The position numbers and the translations under genes were made by a program. DNA of 42,589 nucleotides from positions 1 to 42,589 of the forward strand of contig JAISXV010000035.1 in assembly GCA_031270335.1 (NCBI GenBank). Direction: 5' to 3'. This document shows, piece after piece, positions 8,190-16,950 of the stretch. The notes below the pieces were generated by a model. That model was given only the letters and a program-made list of their open reading frames with translations. It was not told the DNA's origin and did not search any database. The DNA is from Prevotellaceae bacterium. Its GTDB lineage: Bacteria > Bacteroidota > Bacteroidia > Bacteroidales > UBA932. Each line of letters opens with the position of its first letter. Position 1 is the stretch's first letter.

Positions 8190-8864
8190 ATGAATAAGAT
8201 ATTAAACGTTTTATTCGCTTTGTTAGCGATAGTGACTTTTCCGGCTCAAATTCAAGCTCAGGATGAAACGATTATAGACAAACTTCCTCATCAGAAAAAG
8301 AACTTTACAATCGCGTCACATCCGTTATATCATTTCAATAGCGGCGTAAGGTTAGATTTCGAAAAACGAATCAAAAATACGCCATCGTGGATTCAGTTAG
8401 GCATTTCAGGAAATTTTTTGGGGAAAAGAAACAATGAAAACAACTACTGGACTATAGCTTCGGGAGATGAATTTAGTTATCTTCGTGGAGGCGGTCTGGA
8501 ATTGAACTACAAATATTTTGTTAACAAAAAAGAATCCTTGTATTTTGCCGGCGGAGGCTCGCTGTTCCACTCTAACATCGAATACATGGGTGATTACTGG
8601 ATTTCATATATCGAAGACGGTTTAGTGTACCAGATAATCAAATACGGTAAAATAAACCAGAAAATCAATAAATTGGGAATCAATACTTATTTCGGATATC
8701 AATTACCAACCCCGACATTTCTTTTCGATATGTTTGTGGGACTTGGCTATCGGCACAGTTTCCGAAACAACGATACAGCTAAACTATTCGATGATTCCAT
8801 GATTTCATTAGGTTATACGGGTCTTGTCTTCATAACCGGTGTCAGATTTGGCGTTAAATTTTAA
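8190..8864 (+). CDS. putative outer-membrane beta-barrel protein
   Basis: Signal peptide, alternating aromatic/hydrophilic strands, and a C-terminal FGVKF ending typical of outer-membrane proteins. Starts 5 nt after the preceding gene. Confidence 0.55.
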   Translation: MNKILNVLFALLAIVTFPAQIQAQDETIIDKLPHQKKNFTIASHPLYHFNSGVRLDFEKRIKNTPSWIQLGISGNFLGKRNNENNYWTIASGDEFSYLRGGGLELNYKYFVNKKESLYFAGGGSLFHSNIEYMGDYWISYIEDGLVYQIIKYGKINQKINKLGINTYFGYQLPTPTFLFDMFVGLGYRHSFRNNDTAKLFDDSMISLGYTGLVFITGVRFGVKF

Positions 8865-8885
8865 ACACAAATGAAAAAAATCCTG

Positions 8886-8920
8886 AAAAGTCCTTCTCCA
8901 AAAAAGAAGGACTTTTTGTA
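8886..8920 (+). terminator. rho-independent terminator-like hairpin after the 8190..8864 gene
   Basis: AAGTCCTTCT, a 7-nt loop, then AGAAGGACTT, followed by TTTT. Confidence 0.6.
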
Positions 8921-8951
8921 TTTGTTGGCAATTTTTCCATGATTAGTATGT

Positions 8952-8977
8952 TTTCCTGACTTCGACAATGCGTCACC
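8952..8977. repeat. left copy of a 26-bp inverted repeat (TTTCCTGACTTCGACAATGCGTCACC)
   Basis: Exact reverse complement of 10822-10847. Followed at 9013-9030 by the perfect palindrome GACGCAAAATTTTGCGTC, part of which also recurs beside the right copy. Confidence 0.9.
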
Positions 8978-9092
8978 TTAAAAAATCCGATTCTCTGCGC
9001 AGGATGCGTAAAGACGCAAAATTTTGCGTCTCTACTACGTCAAGAAATGTATAACCATTATCATGGTGCGACGGGACGCACGGTGGTATGAA

Positions 9093-9125
9093 AAGGAGGA
9101 ACGGGAAATAATCCCGTTCCTCCTT
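9093..9125 (-). terminator. terminator-like hairpin after the riboswitch-controlled lipoprotein gene
   Basis: 14-bp stem AAGGAGGAACGGGA / TCCCGTTCCTCCTT with a 5-nt loop, about 25 nt downstream of the stop at 9148. A T-run follows on the minus strand. Confidence 0.6.
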
Positions 9126-9147
9126 CTCGATTTACAATTATCAACTG

Positions 9148-10461
9148 TTACTTGATTATCGGAACGACTGCTGCTCCAAAAGGTACGCCTGTTTTCAGGT
9201 CGAACTTTTCTTCAACATTTGTATCAAATGCTACAACATCTTGTCCTTGATTTGTCAGGTAAAAATCTCCGTTAAGCGGATTTACCGACACGCCGTACAC
9301 CATGAAAAATTCGTGTACTATATCGCTGATATTTTCCACTGCTTTAGTTTGCAGATTGATTTTGTTGATATAGTTTAAAACATAGTCATAATCGACGACA
9401 TAAATGAAATCCTTGGCGAGCGCTATTTTCGACGCCCTGATGTCAAGCGTAGTGACTGTCTTTTGTTCGGGATCCAACACGTGAAGATTCGTAGGAGCCG
9501 TTACTGTCCAATTTTCGTCGTACACGCTGGCAGTTGTGAAATAGATTTCGCCTGATGGCGTAGCCTCAATCATCATGGGATTTTGCGGTACATCAATGGA
9601 TTCCGTTTCTTCGAACGAGTTAATGTCCACTACGGAAATAGTATTTCCAGCACCCCATCCGGAGTTGCAGACATACAAATTATCGTTATAAAAACATATA
9701 CCTTCCGCATTATTTCCGCTCAAATCTGCTGTTCCGTCAATCTCCAACGAAGCTGTGTCAATACGAACGACGGATTGCGAATATGTGGTTACATACGCTT
9801 TGTTATCGTGGAAAATGACACGGCGCGGACTGTCAACTATTATTCGTGTTATCGACTCGCCTGTTTCGGAATTGATGACGTCAACATATCCTGCATCTGT
9901 GACAGTACAGTATAATTTGCTGCCATAGATAGCCAAATCATTAGCGCCGTTTCCAAGCGGCTTGCCATTCTTTTGAGTGTAATAGTTTTTGGTTGTCTCT
10001 CCTGTTTTTACATTGTAATAAGCAATGTCTGATGTGCCGGTACCCCAAGCGCCTTCGCTTAAAATGAACAATCCCACTGTTTCGAGCGCTTTGCTTTGGG
10101 TTACCTCAATTTCGACATCGGGAAGACCGTCGGCTTTGACAGTAATAACCGCTGTACGCGGTGTAGCGGCTGTGTTTTCGGCAACGGTAACTTCGACAGT
10201 TGCGTTGGAGTTGCCTAAGATTTTGGACACTGTTATCCATTCGGCATCAGCGCTGGAATTGCCCGAGGTTTTGGTTACCCAGTCGGCATCTTTTTCGATT
10301 ATCCAATCAGTATTGGATGTGATTGTAAATGATTTTGTCTCGCCACTGTGCAGAAATGACAGCGACGTTGGATCAACCTTTAGTTCCGGTACAAAATCAT
10401 CATCTTTTTTACATGCAACTAATGTAAGTGCAAGTACAAACAAAATAAAAATTTTCTTCAT
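9148..10461 (-). CDS. surface lipoprotein: N-terminal BACON domain plus YncE-like beta-propeller (candidate corrinoid-binding protein)
   Basis: Lipobox LVACKKDD. BACON-like segment LSFLHSGETKSFTITSNTDWII...ATVEVTV...RTAVITV. Propeller part GLFILSEGAWGTGTSDIAYYN...GANDLAIYGSKLY. Preceded by a cobalamin riboswitch. Confidence 0.8.
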   Translation of the reverse strand: MKKIFILFVLALTLVACKKDDDFVPELKVDPTSLSFLHSGETKSFTITSNTDWIIEKDADWVTKTSGNSSADAEWITVSKILGNSNATVEVTVAENTAATPRTAVITVKADGLPDVEIEVTQSKALETVGLFILSEGAWGTGTSDIAYYNVKTGETTKNYYTQKNGKPLGNGANDLAIYGSKLYCTVTDAGYVDVINSETGESITRIIVDSPRRVIFHDNKAYVTTYSQSVVRIDTASLEIDGTADLSGNNAEGICFYNDNLYVCNSGWGAGNTISVVDINSFEETESIDVPQNPMMIEATPSGEIYFTTASVYDENWTVTAPTNLHVLDPEQKTVTTLDIRASKIALAKDFIYVVDYDYVLNYINKINLQTKAVENISDIVHEFFMVYGVSVNPLNGDFYLTNQGQDVVAFDTNVEEKFDLKTGVPFGAAVVPIIK

Positions 10462-10544
10462 GTCTAAATATTATTTAAATTATTAATAAAAAATACATCT
10501 ACAAAGCTTTATACCTCGAAAGCTTGAAAAAACGGTGTAATGGC

Positions 10545-10715
10545 AGGTCTTCTGACTTACCCCATCCGGAAACGCCCTTCCCATTATTTTCGCTAAATAA
10601 CAGTGGCAAAAAGTGTTTGCTTCCGGACTATATCAGGGTTCACAGCAGCGGGTCTGTTCGGGATTTCCACCCGATTCCCTTTTATCGTCTGTTTTTGCAC
10701 AAAAACAAATGAACC
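10545..10715 (-). promoter_or_regulatory. cobalamin (B12) riboswitch
   Basis: The minus strand reads AAGGGAATCGGGTGGAAATCCCGAACAGACCCGCTGCTGTGAACCC (10636-10680), then the B12 box GCCACTG (10601-10607) and GGGAAGGGCG (10573-10582). These are the conserved core segments of the cobalamin riboswitch class, in the correct order and spacing. Confidence 0.85.
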
Positions 10716-10727
10716 TATTTACGGGCG

Positions 10728-10735
10728 CAAAGGTA
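10728..10735 (-). promoter_or_regulatory. -7 promoter box TACCTTTG driving the riboswitch leader
   Basis: TAnnTTTG match immediately upstream of the riboswitch. Confidence 0.5.
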
Positions 10736-10798
10736 AACAAAAATTAACAATTGCCAACTGATGATTGATAATGCACAAAAAAATCTACCCTTCGTTGA

Positions 10799-10847
10799 AT
10801 GAATTTTGCGTCACCGATTTGGGTGACGCATTGTCGAAGTCAGGAAA
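10799..10847. repeat. right copy of the 26-bp inverted repeat plus an adjacent hairpin
   Basis: Bases 10822-10847 are the exact reverse complement of 8952-8977. Bases 10808-10830 form the hairpin TGCGTCACC-GATTT-GGGTGACGCA. Confidence 0.9.
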
Positions 10848-11014
10848 GAACGCCGGCATTCAATTTTTCGGTGGCATATTACCGTCAGTAGTTATTACTA
10901 TTTTTTTTCGGAAAAGGGTTACTTTGCGGGATATAAGTTATTCAGTTTTCATTCTTTATATCATTGATTACAAGTCGTAAAAAATAATATTATATTGATA
11001 TTCGAAATATTTAC

Positions 11015-11022
11015 TACATTTG
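11015..11022 (+). promoter_or_regulatory. -7 promoter box TACATTTG upstream of lpxC/fabZ
   Basis: TAnnTTTG match 45 nt upstream of the start at 11067. Confidence 0.45.
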
Positions 11023-11066
11023 CGACTTTAAATATTAATTTTATTACATAATATTATTTAATTTTA

Positions 11067-12458
11067 ATGCGGAAACAACACACTTTAATATCTGAGATTA
11101 GATTAGAAGGCAAAGGGTTACATACAGGATTGGACGTTGAATTGACGATTTGTCCGGCACACGAAAATCACGGGATCAAATTTCAACGAATAGATTTACC
11201 CGAACAGCCTGTTATAGATGCTGTTGCTGATAATGTTACGGCAACGTCACGTGGAACGACTCTCGAAAAAGACGGAGTAAAAGTAACTACAATAGAGCAT
11301 CTTATGGCGTCGTTATGGGCGTTGGGTGTCGATAACGCTCTGATAAAAGTCAATGCGCCCGAAGCTCCGATACTTGACGGCAGCGCAATAAAATACGTTA
11401 ACGCAATCAACGAGGTGGGATTGCAGGAACAGGAAGCAGAATGTGTCTATTACACAATCAAGGAAAAAACAGTCTTCCGCGACGAAGAAACCGGCAAGGA
11501 AATAGTGATTTATCCTGACGACAAATTCAGCGTAAACGTAACTATCGACTTCAACTCCAAGGTGTTGAACACACAATCGGCGCGTCTGGAATCGCTGGAC
11601 AAGTTCGCTACGGAAATAGCGCCGTGTCGAACTTTCGTCTTTCTGCACGAGTTGGAAGCGCTGTTCAAAAACAATCTCATCAAAGGCGGAGATTTTGAAA
11701 ATGCGATAGTTATCGTCGAAAATACCTGCGACAAAAATGAATTGCAGCATCTGGCGGAACTGTTCAACAAACCGACGGTCGAACGCGTTCCCGAAGGTTA
11801 TCTCAACAATCTGAAATTGAGGTTTATCAACGAACCGGCAAGGCATAAACTCTTAGACCTCATCGGCGATTTGTCGCTCATCGGGTTCCGTATAAACGGA
11901 CGCGTCATTGCTTTCAAACCCGGACACCAGATAAATACCGAGACAGCCAGAGAGTTGCGTAAAACCATCAAACGGGAAAACCTCAAACCGATAGCCCCGA
12001 AATACGACCCCAACAAACCTCCGCAGTACGACGTTAAAGGAATCATGAGCATCTTGCCGCACCGTCCGCCGTTCCTGCTGGTTGACAGAATAATACTGAG
12101 GACTGAGGATTCCGTTGTCGGAATAAAAAATGTGACGATGAACGAGCCGTTCTTTGTCGGTCATTTTCCCGGAGAGCCAGTGATGCCGGGCGTTCTTCAG
12201 GTCGAAGCCATGGCGCAGGTTGGCGGAATCCTCGCTTTGGGAAATGTCGAAAATCCGGAAACGTATTCTACTTATTTCCTTAAAATCGACAAGGTTAAGT
12301 TTAAACGAAAAGTTGTTCCCGGCGACACTCTGATATTCAAACTCACTTTGCTTGAGCCGATTCGCAGAGGAATTGTCATAATGTTCGGACAGGTTTTTGT
12401 CGGCGACCAGCTTGCCGCCGAAGGTGAATTAACCGCTCAAATAGTGAAAAACAAGTAA
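11067..12458 (+). CDS. lpxC/fabZ: bifunctional UDP-3-O-acyl-GlcNAc deacetylase / 3-hydroxyacyl-ACP dehydratase
   Basis: 463 aa. N-terminal LpxC (GKGLHTGL..., TIEHLMASL, KPGHQINTE) fused to a C-terminal FabZ hotdog domain (LPHRPPFLLVDRI, FFVGHFPGEPVMPGVLQVEAMAQ). Confidence 0.95.
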   Translation: MRKQHTLISEIRLEGKGLHTGLDVELTICPAHENHGIKFQRIDLPEQPVIDAVADNVTATSRGTTLEKDGVKVTTIEHLMASLWALGVDNALIKVNAPEAPILDGSAIKYVNAINEVGLQEQEAECVYYTIKEKTVFRDEETGKEIVIYPDDKFSVNVTIDFNSKVLNTQSARLESLDKFATEIAPCRTFVFLHELEALFKNNLIKGGDFENAIVIVENTCDKNELQHLAELFNKPTVERVPEGYLNNLKLRFINEPARHKLLDLIGDLSLIGFRINGRVIAFKPGHQINTETARELRKTIKRENLKPIAPKYDPNKPPQYDVKGIMSILPHRPPFLLVDRIILRTEDSVVGIKNVTMNEPFFVGHFPGEPVMPGVLQVEAMAQVGGILALGNVENPETYSTYFLKIDKVKFKRKVVPGDTLIFKLTLLEPIRRGIVIMFGQVFVGDQLAAEGELTAQIVKNK

Positions 12459-12472
12459 TTAATATCAATTAT

Positions 12473-13267
12473 ATGAATTATATACACCCCAATGCAAAAA
12501 TAGGAAAAAATGTAACGGTCGGACCGTTTTCAAGTATTTCGGAACATGTCGAAATCGGCGACGGAACAAAAATAGAATCCAACGTAGTGATAATGGATTA
12601 TGTCAAAATCGGGAGCAATTGCCATATTTTTCCCGGAGCAGTCATCGGAGCGGTACCTCAGGACTTGAAGTTTAAAGGCGAAACATCGTGGGTCGAAATC
12701 GGCGATAACTGCGTTTTAAGAGAATGTGTAACAGTGAATCGCGGCACCGAAGCCAGCGGAAAAATGAAAACCAGTATAGGAAACAACTGCCTGATAATGT
12801 CGTATTCACACATTGCGCACGATTGTTTCATCGGCAATAATGTCGTTTTGTCGTCGTTCACCGGACTTGCCGGCGAAACCAACATCTACGATTACGCAAT
12901 ACTCGGTGGAAAGACAGGCACTCACCAGTTTACACGCATCGGAGCGCATGTGATGACAATGGGCGGCTCGCTCGTCGGCAAAGACATTCCGCCGTATATC
13001 ATTGCAGGTCATCTCCCTTTGTCGTACGGCGGCGTAAACAGAATCGGTCTCCGGCGCCGGGGATTTGCAACCCCTAAAATCGAAGAGATAAGTTCGATTT
13101 ACAAGACTATATATCAGAGTAATCTGAACACTACCGACGCATGTAACAAGGTCGAACAGGACTTTCCGCAAACAGAAGAACGCGACCTGATACTGAATTT
13201 TATCCGCTCGTCGAAACGGGGAATCATACGTCGCGACGCCAGTTCGGACGATTTAGACGAATTTTGA
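12473..13267 (+). CDS. lpxA: acyl-ACP--UDP-N-acetylglucosamine O-acyltransferase
   Basis: 264 aa with left-handed beta-helix hexapeptide repeats and the typical N-terminus IHPNAKIG. Directly follows lpxC/fabZ. Confidence 0.95.
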   Translation: MNYIHPNAKIGKNVTVGPFSSISEHVEIGDGTKIESNVVIMDYVKIGSNCHIFPGAVIGAVPQDLKFKGETSWVEIGDNCVLRECVTVNRGTEASGKMKTSIGNNCLIMSYSHIAHDCFIGNNVVLSSFTGLAGETNIYDYAILGGKTGTHQFTRIGAHVMTMGGSLVGKDIPPYIIAGHLPLSYGGVNRIGLRRRGFATPKIEEISSIYKTIYQSNLNTTDACNKVEQDFPQTEERDLILNFIRSSKRGIIRRDASSDDLDEF

Positions 13268-13276
13268 GATAAAATA

Positions 13277-14038
13277 ATGGATAATAATAAGATATTTGGA
13301 CTCCGTCCTGTTTTGGAAGCTCTCAAGGCGGGCAAATCGTTCGAGAAGATTCTGATTCGCGAGGGCGGAGGTTCCGATTTGCTCTATCAGATAATTGATT
13401 CGGCTAAAAAAAAGAATATTACGCTTGACAGAGTTCCTGCCGAAAGGCTCGATCGACTGTCGAAAAACGCTAATCATCAGGGAATAGTGGCGTTTTTGTC
13501 GTCCGTAGAATATTCAGACTTGGAAGATGTTCTGGAAAATATCCGGCTGGCAGGAAAAACGCCGTTTCTGCTTTTGTTGGACAAAATCACCGATGTACGT
13601 AACTTCGGAGCAATAGCCCGTACAGCCGAATGTGCAGGAATAGACGCAATTGTCGTGCCGGCGAAAAACGCCGCCCCGCTGAATGTCGATGCAATGAAAA
13701 CTTCGGCAGGCGCATTGAATTACGTCCCTGTCTGCAAAACGCCAAACCTGAGAACGGCTATCTATCTGATTAAAAACTACGACATAAAAATAATCGCAGC
13801 AACCGAAAAATCCGGACAAAACTATTTCGACGCCGATTTGTCGGGAGCTGTCGCAATCATTCTTGGTTCGGAAGAATCCGGTATTTCTGCTAACAATCTG
13901 GAACTTACCGACGAAACAGTGAAAATCCCGCTTCAGGGTAACATTGATTCGTTGAACGTTTCCGCCGCCGCCGCTGTGATTGCATTCGAATGTGTAAGGC
14001 AAAGGAGCGCATTAGTGGCAAATACTCTTAGTTCTTAG
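13277..14038 (+). CDS. rlmB: 23S rRNA (guanosine-2'-O)-methyltransferase, SpoU/TrmH family (RlmB-like)
   Basis: 253 aa. N-terminal substrate-binding part (IFGLRPVLEAL) and SpoU methylase motifs (NFGAIARTAECAG, ILGSEESGIS, IPLQGNIDSLNVSAAAAV). Confidence 0.85.
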   Translation: MDNNKIFGLRPVLEALKAGKSFEKILIREGGGSDLLYQIIDSAKKKNITLDRVPAERLDRLSKNANHQGIVAFLSSVEYSDLEDVLENIRLAGKTPFLLLLDKITDVRNFGAIARTAECAGIDAIVVPAKNAAPLNVDAMKTSAGALNYVPVCKTPNLRTAIYLIKNYDIKIIAATEKSGQNYFDADLSGAVAIILGSEESGISANNLELTDETVKIPLQGNIDSLNVSAAAAVIAFECVRQRSALVANTLSS

Positions 14039-14040
14039 TT
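14024..14040. repeat. heptamer-block repeat R1 (ACTCTTAGTTCTTAGTT)
   Basis: Identical 17-mer at 14291-14307 and a one-mismatch copy at 16925-16941. Contains the rlmB stop codon. Confidence 0.9.
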
Positions 14041-14108
14041 TTCAAGCCCGCAATGACGGACTCTTTCTCACAGAATCGCAACAGTTCTGTTTCTACGAGT
14101 GGAAACCA

Positions 14109-14137
14109 AACTCTTAACTCTTAGTTCTTAACTCTTT
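14109..14137. repeat. heptamer-block repeat R2 (AACTCTT AACTCTT AGTTCTT AACTCTT)
   Basis: Four 7-bp units of the same family as R1, R3 and R4. Confidence 0.85.
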
Positions 14138-14230
14138 CCAGTAGCCTACGATTACCATCCCATTCAATCTTATTTTCGACCCATAAAATAAGGTTACAGA
14201 TGTGGGGAATCATACGGGCTACTAAGGTGT
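14138..14230. other. candidate structured element (long imperfect hairpin) in the rlmB-lon spacer
   Basis: Outer stem AGTAGCC (14141-14147) / GGCTACT (14217-14223), secondary pairing TACGATT / AATCATA, and a perfect inner hairpin CTTATTTT-CGACCCAT-AAAATAAG. No ORF. Bounded by R2 and R3. Confidence 0.25.
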
Positions 14231-14286
14231 TTTTCAGGAAAATAAGGTTTCTTATTTAATCGCAAAAAAACATTTATTTCGCATCA

Positions 14287-14310
14287 CTTAACTCTTAGTT
14301 CTTAGTTTCC
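14287..14310. repeat. heptamer-block repeat R3 (CTTAACTCTTAGTTCTTAGTTTCC)
   Basis: Same family as R1. Its reverse complement encodes the last Lon codons and the stop (ETKN*). Confidence 0.9.
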
Positions 14311-16751
14311 AAGGCGATACTCAGGACTTCTTTCATTGTTGTTACATATTTAAAAGTAAGACCTTCGAGATATTCCTGTTTTATTTCTGCGATATTCTTT
14401 TTGTTGTCGGCAGAAAGGATTATTGTTGAGACTCCTGCACGTTTGGCAGCGAGTATCTTTTCTTTAACGCCGCCGACCGAAAGAACTTTTCCGCGGAGAG
14501 TTATTTCGCCGGTCATTGCGATACCTTTTTGCACCTTTCGACCTGTGAAAATCGAAGCAATAGACGTCAGCATTGTGATTCCGGCAGAAGGTCCGTCTTT
14601 TGGGATAGCGCCTTCGGGGACGTGAATGTGAACGTTTTTCTTTTCGAACATCTCTTCGTTGATGTTCAGAGAGGAAGCATGAGCCTTAATGTACTCCAGC
14701 GCTATTTTTGCCGATTCTTTCATCACATCGCCCAGATTTCCCGTGATTTGCAATGCTCCTTTTCCGGGGCTTATGCTTGCTTCGACAAAGAGAATTTCGC
14801 CGCCTGCTTCTGTCCAGGCGAGACCGGTTGTTACTCCCACAAAATTGTTCGAGCCGATTACATCTCTCTGGATTTTCGACGTCCCGAGAATCTTTTTCGC
14901 TTCCGCCGCCGATATCTTTTTCTTGAATTTTTCGCCGAATGCCAGAGCTTTGGCTCTGTTACGGATGATTTTTGCGATTTGCTTGTCAAGATTTCTGACG
15001 CCCGACTCGTGCGTATATTCGTCTATGATTGTTTCGATTGCCGAATCGTCGAACGAGAGTTGTTTCGGTTTAACGCCGTGAGCCTCCAACGCTTTGGGAA
15101 TCAAGTGACGTTTGGCGATTTCCAATTTTTCCTGACTGATATATCCTGTCAGGTTTATCATCTCCATTCTGTCGCGCAGGGCGGGATGTATGGTATCCAC
15201 ACGGTTTGCCGTTGTGATGAACATGACGCGCGACAAATCGTAGTCCAAATCGAGATAATTATCACGGAACGTAGAATTTTGTTCGGGGTCAAGCACTTCG
15301 AGCAGCGCCGACGAAGGGTCGCCTTTAAAATCGTTGCCAACCTTGTCGATTTCGTCCAGAATAATAACGGGATTCGAAGTTTTGCAACGGTTGATTGTCT
15401 GCACTATTCTGCCCGGCATTGCGCCGATATAAGTTCTTCGATGTCCCCGTATTTCGGCTTCGTCGTGCAATCCGCCCAGAGATATTCTGCCGAATTTACG
15501 ACCTAAAGCCCGCGCTACCGATTTGCCCAGCGAAGTTTTTCCCACGCCCGGAGGTCCGTGCAGGCAGATAATCGGCGATTTCAAATCGCCTTTGAGTTTT
15601 ATCACCGAAAGATATTCCAATATCCTCTCTTTGACCTCTTCCAGACCGAAATGGTCTTCGTCAAGGACGTCCTTAACCAGGTTGAGGTCAAGATTATCCT
15701 GCGAACATTCGTCCCACGGCAGGTCGGTCAGGATATCCAGATAATTCAACTGTACGGAAAATTCGCCTCCGAGAGGATTCATTTTCTCGAACTTATTCAG
15801 TTCTTTATCAAACGTATCCTTTACATATTGGGGCCACTTTTTCGACGAAGCTTTTTCAACAAGACGTTCGACTTCGCTATCAGTAGCATCGTTATCATTA
15901 CCAAGTTCGTTTTGTATTGTTTTGATTTGCTGATGAAGAAAATATTCGCGCTGTTGCTGGTCCATTTCCGACCGGACTTTCTGCTGAATATCGTTTTTGA
16001 TTTCCATCAGTTGAATTTCATGTCCGAGGAGTTCGACGAGTTTCAAAGCACGTTCTTTCAGTTCGCCGATTTCGAGTAATACCTGTCTGTCGTTGTGATT
16101 TTCGAACTCAATGTTTGCCGAAATAAAATTTATCAAAAGCTTGGGATTCTCGATGTTTCGTATTGCAAATGATGCTTCGGGCGGCATGTGCATCGAAAAA
16201 TTTATCATCTTTGATATCGAATCTTTCACAGCGCCAATGATAGCCTCGAAATCCTTGTCGGACTTCGGCGGTTCGACGTCGGTCAACATCCTGATGTATG
16301 CTGTAAAATACGGATCCTGCTGTACATAGTCGTCAACGACAAAACGTTGTATGCCCTGCAATAAGACCGTTACAGCGCCGTCGGGCATCTCGAAAATCTT
16401 CAATATCCGGGCAAGCGTACCGACACGGTACAAATCGCCGGCTTCGGGTTCTTCGATATTGGGATCCTTTTGCCCGACCGCGCCAATCATTCTTGATCCC
16501 GAATACGCTTCCCGAATCAACTTTATCGACTTGTCTCTGCCAACCGTTATCGGCATCACTACCAGCGGAAAAAGCACCGCATTACGTAAAACAAGCATCG
16601 GCAAAGGCATCGGCAACTCTTTTTCGGTAAAATTTTCCGAAGAATCCTCATTCAGTGGTATAAAACCAATATTTTCGCCCATAGCGCCTGCTATAAATAT
16701 TTTTCCTAACTTATCAAAAGCCATATAATCCTCCAACTGCCAAAATGACAT
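14295..16751 (-). CDS. lon: ATP-dependent endopeptidase La (Lon protease)
   Basis: 818 aa. LON N-domain, AAA+ Walker [10 protein letters not shown], and the protease serine motif [11 protein letters not shown]. Confidence 0.95.
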   Translation of the reverse strand: MSFWQLEDYMAFDKLGKIFIAGAMGENIGFIPLNEDSSENFTEKELPMPLPMLVLRNAVLFPLVVMPITVGRDKSIKLIREAYSGSRMIGAVGQKDPNIEEPEAGDLYRVGTLARILKIFEMPDGAVTVLLQGIQRFVVDDYVQQDPYFTAYIRMLTDVEPPKSDKDFEAIIGAVKDSISKMINFSMHMPPEASFAIRNIENPKLLINFISANIEFENHNDRQVLLEIGELKERALKLVELLGHEIQLMEIKNDIQQKVRSEMDQQQREYFLHQQIKTIQNELGNDNDATDSEVERLVEKASSKKWPQYVKDTFDKELNKFEKMNPLGGEFSVQLNYLDILTDLPWDECSQDNLDLNLVKDVLDEDHFGLEEVKERILEYLSVIKLKGDLKSPIICLHGPPGVGKTSLGKSVARALGRKFGRISLGGLHDEAEIRGHRRTYIGAMPGRIVQTINRCKTSNPVIILDEIDKVGNDFKGDPSSALLEVLDPEQNSTFRDNYLDLDYDLSRVMFITTANRVDTIHPALRDRMEMINLTGYISQEKLEIAKRHLIPKALEAHGVKPKQLSFDDSAIETIIDEYTHESGVRNLDKQIAKIIRNRAKALAFGEKFKKKISAAEAKKILGTSKIQRDVIGSNNFVGVTTGLAWTEAGGEILFVEASISPGKGALQITGNLGDVMKESAKIALEYIKAHASSLNINEEMFEKKNVHIHVPEGAIPKDGPSAGITMLTSIASIFTGRKVQKGIAMTGEITLRGKVLSVGGVKEKILAAKRAGVSTIILSADNKKNIAEIKQEYLEGLTFKYVTTMKEVLSIALETKN

Positions 16752-16915
16752 AATTTACTGTCAAAATAGCGTTATTTTTATTATTCATTCAAATATCCTT
16801 ATTCATAATCCATGTATCAACCGGCTTTTAATTAACATATTGTATTAAAAATGCCTTATTATACAGGTTATATCGCCAATTATATAACAACTTTCGTTCC
16901 AAACTAAAAACACCC

Positions 16916-16950
16916 CAACTCTTAACTTTTAGTTCTTAGTTCTTAACTTA
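16916..16950. repeat. heptamer-block repeat R4 (CAACTCTTAACTTTTAGTTCTTAGTTCTTAACTTA)
   Basis: Same family and orientation as R1-R3. Abuts the rluB stop codon at 16948-16950 and is preceded by CCCCAAC, which is related to the G-rich heptamers at 35751-35936. Confidence 0.9.

Noticed and set aside
10524-10712. 62-aa plus-strand ORF
   Set aside because: It coincides exactly with the reverse complement of the cobalamin riboswitch, so the RNA element explains this sequence.
10765-10980. 71-aa plus-strand ORF upstream of lpxC/fabZ
   Set aside because: It spans the inverted-repeat/hairpin module at 10799-10847, has no -7 box and shows no family resemblance. It is most likely non-coding.
14529-15506. 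325-aa ORF antisense to lon, with neighbouring antisense ORFs at 15558..16079 and 16351..16728
   Set aside because: These lie entirely within the highly conserved Lon coding sequence on the other strand and carry no motifs.
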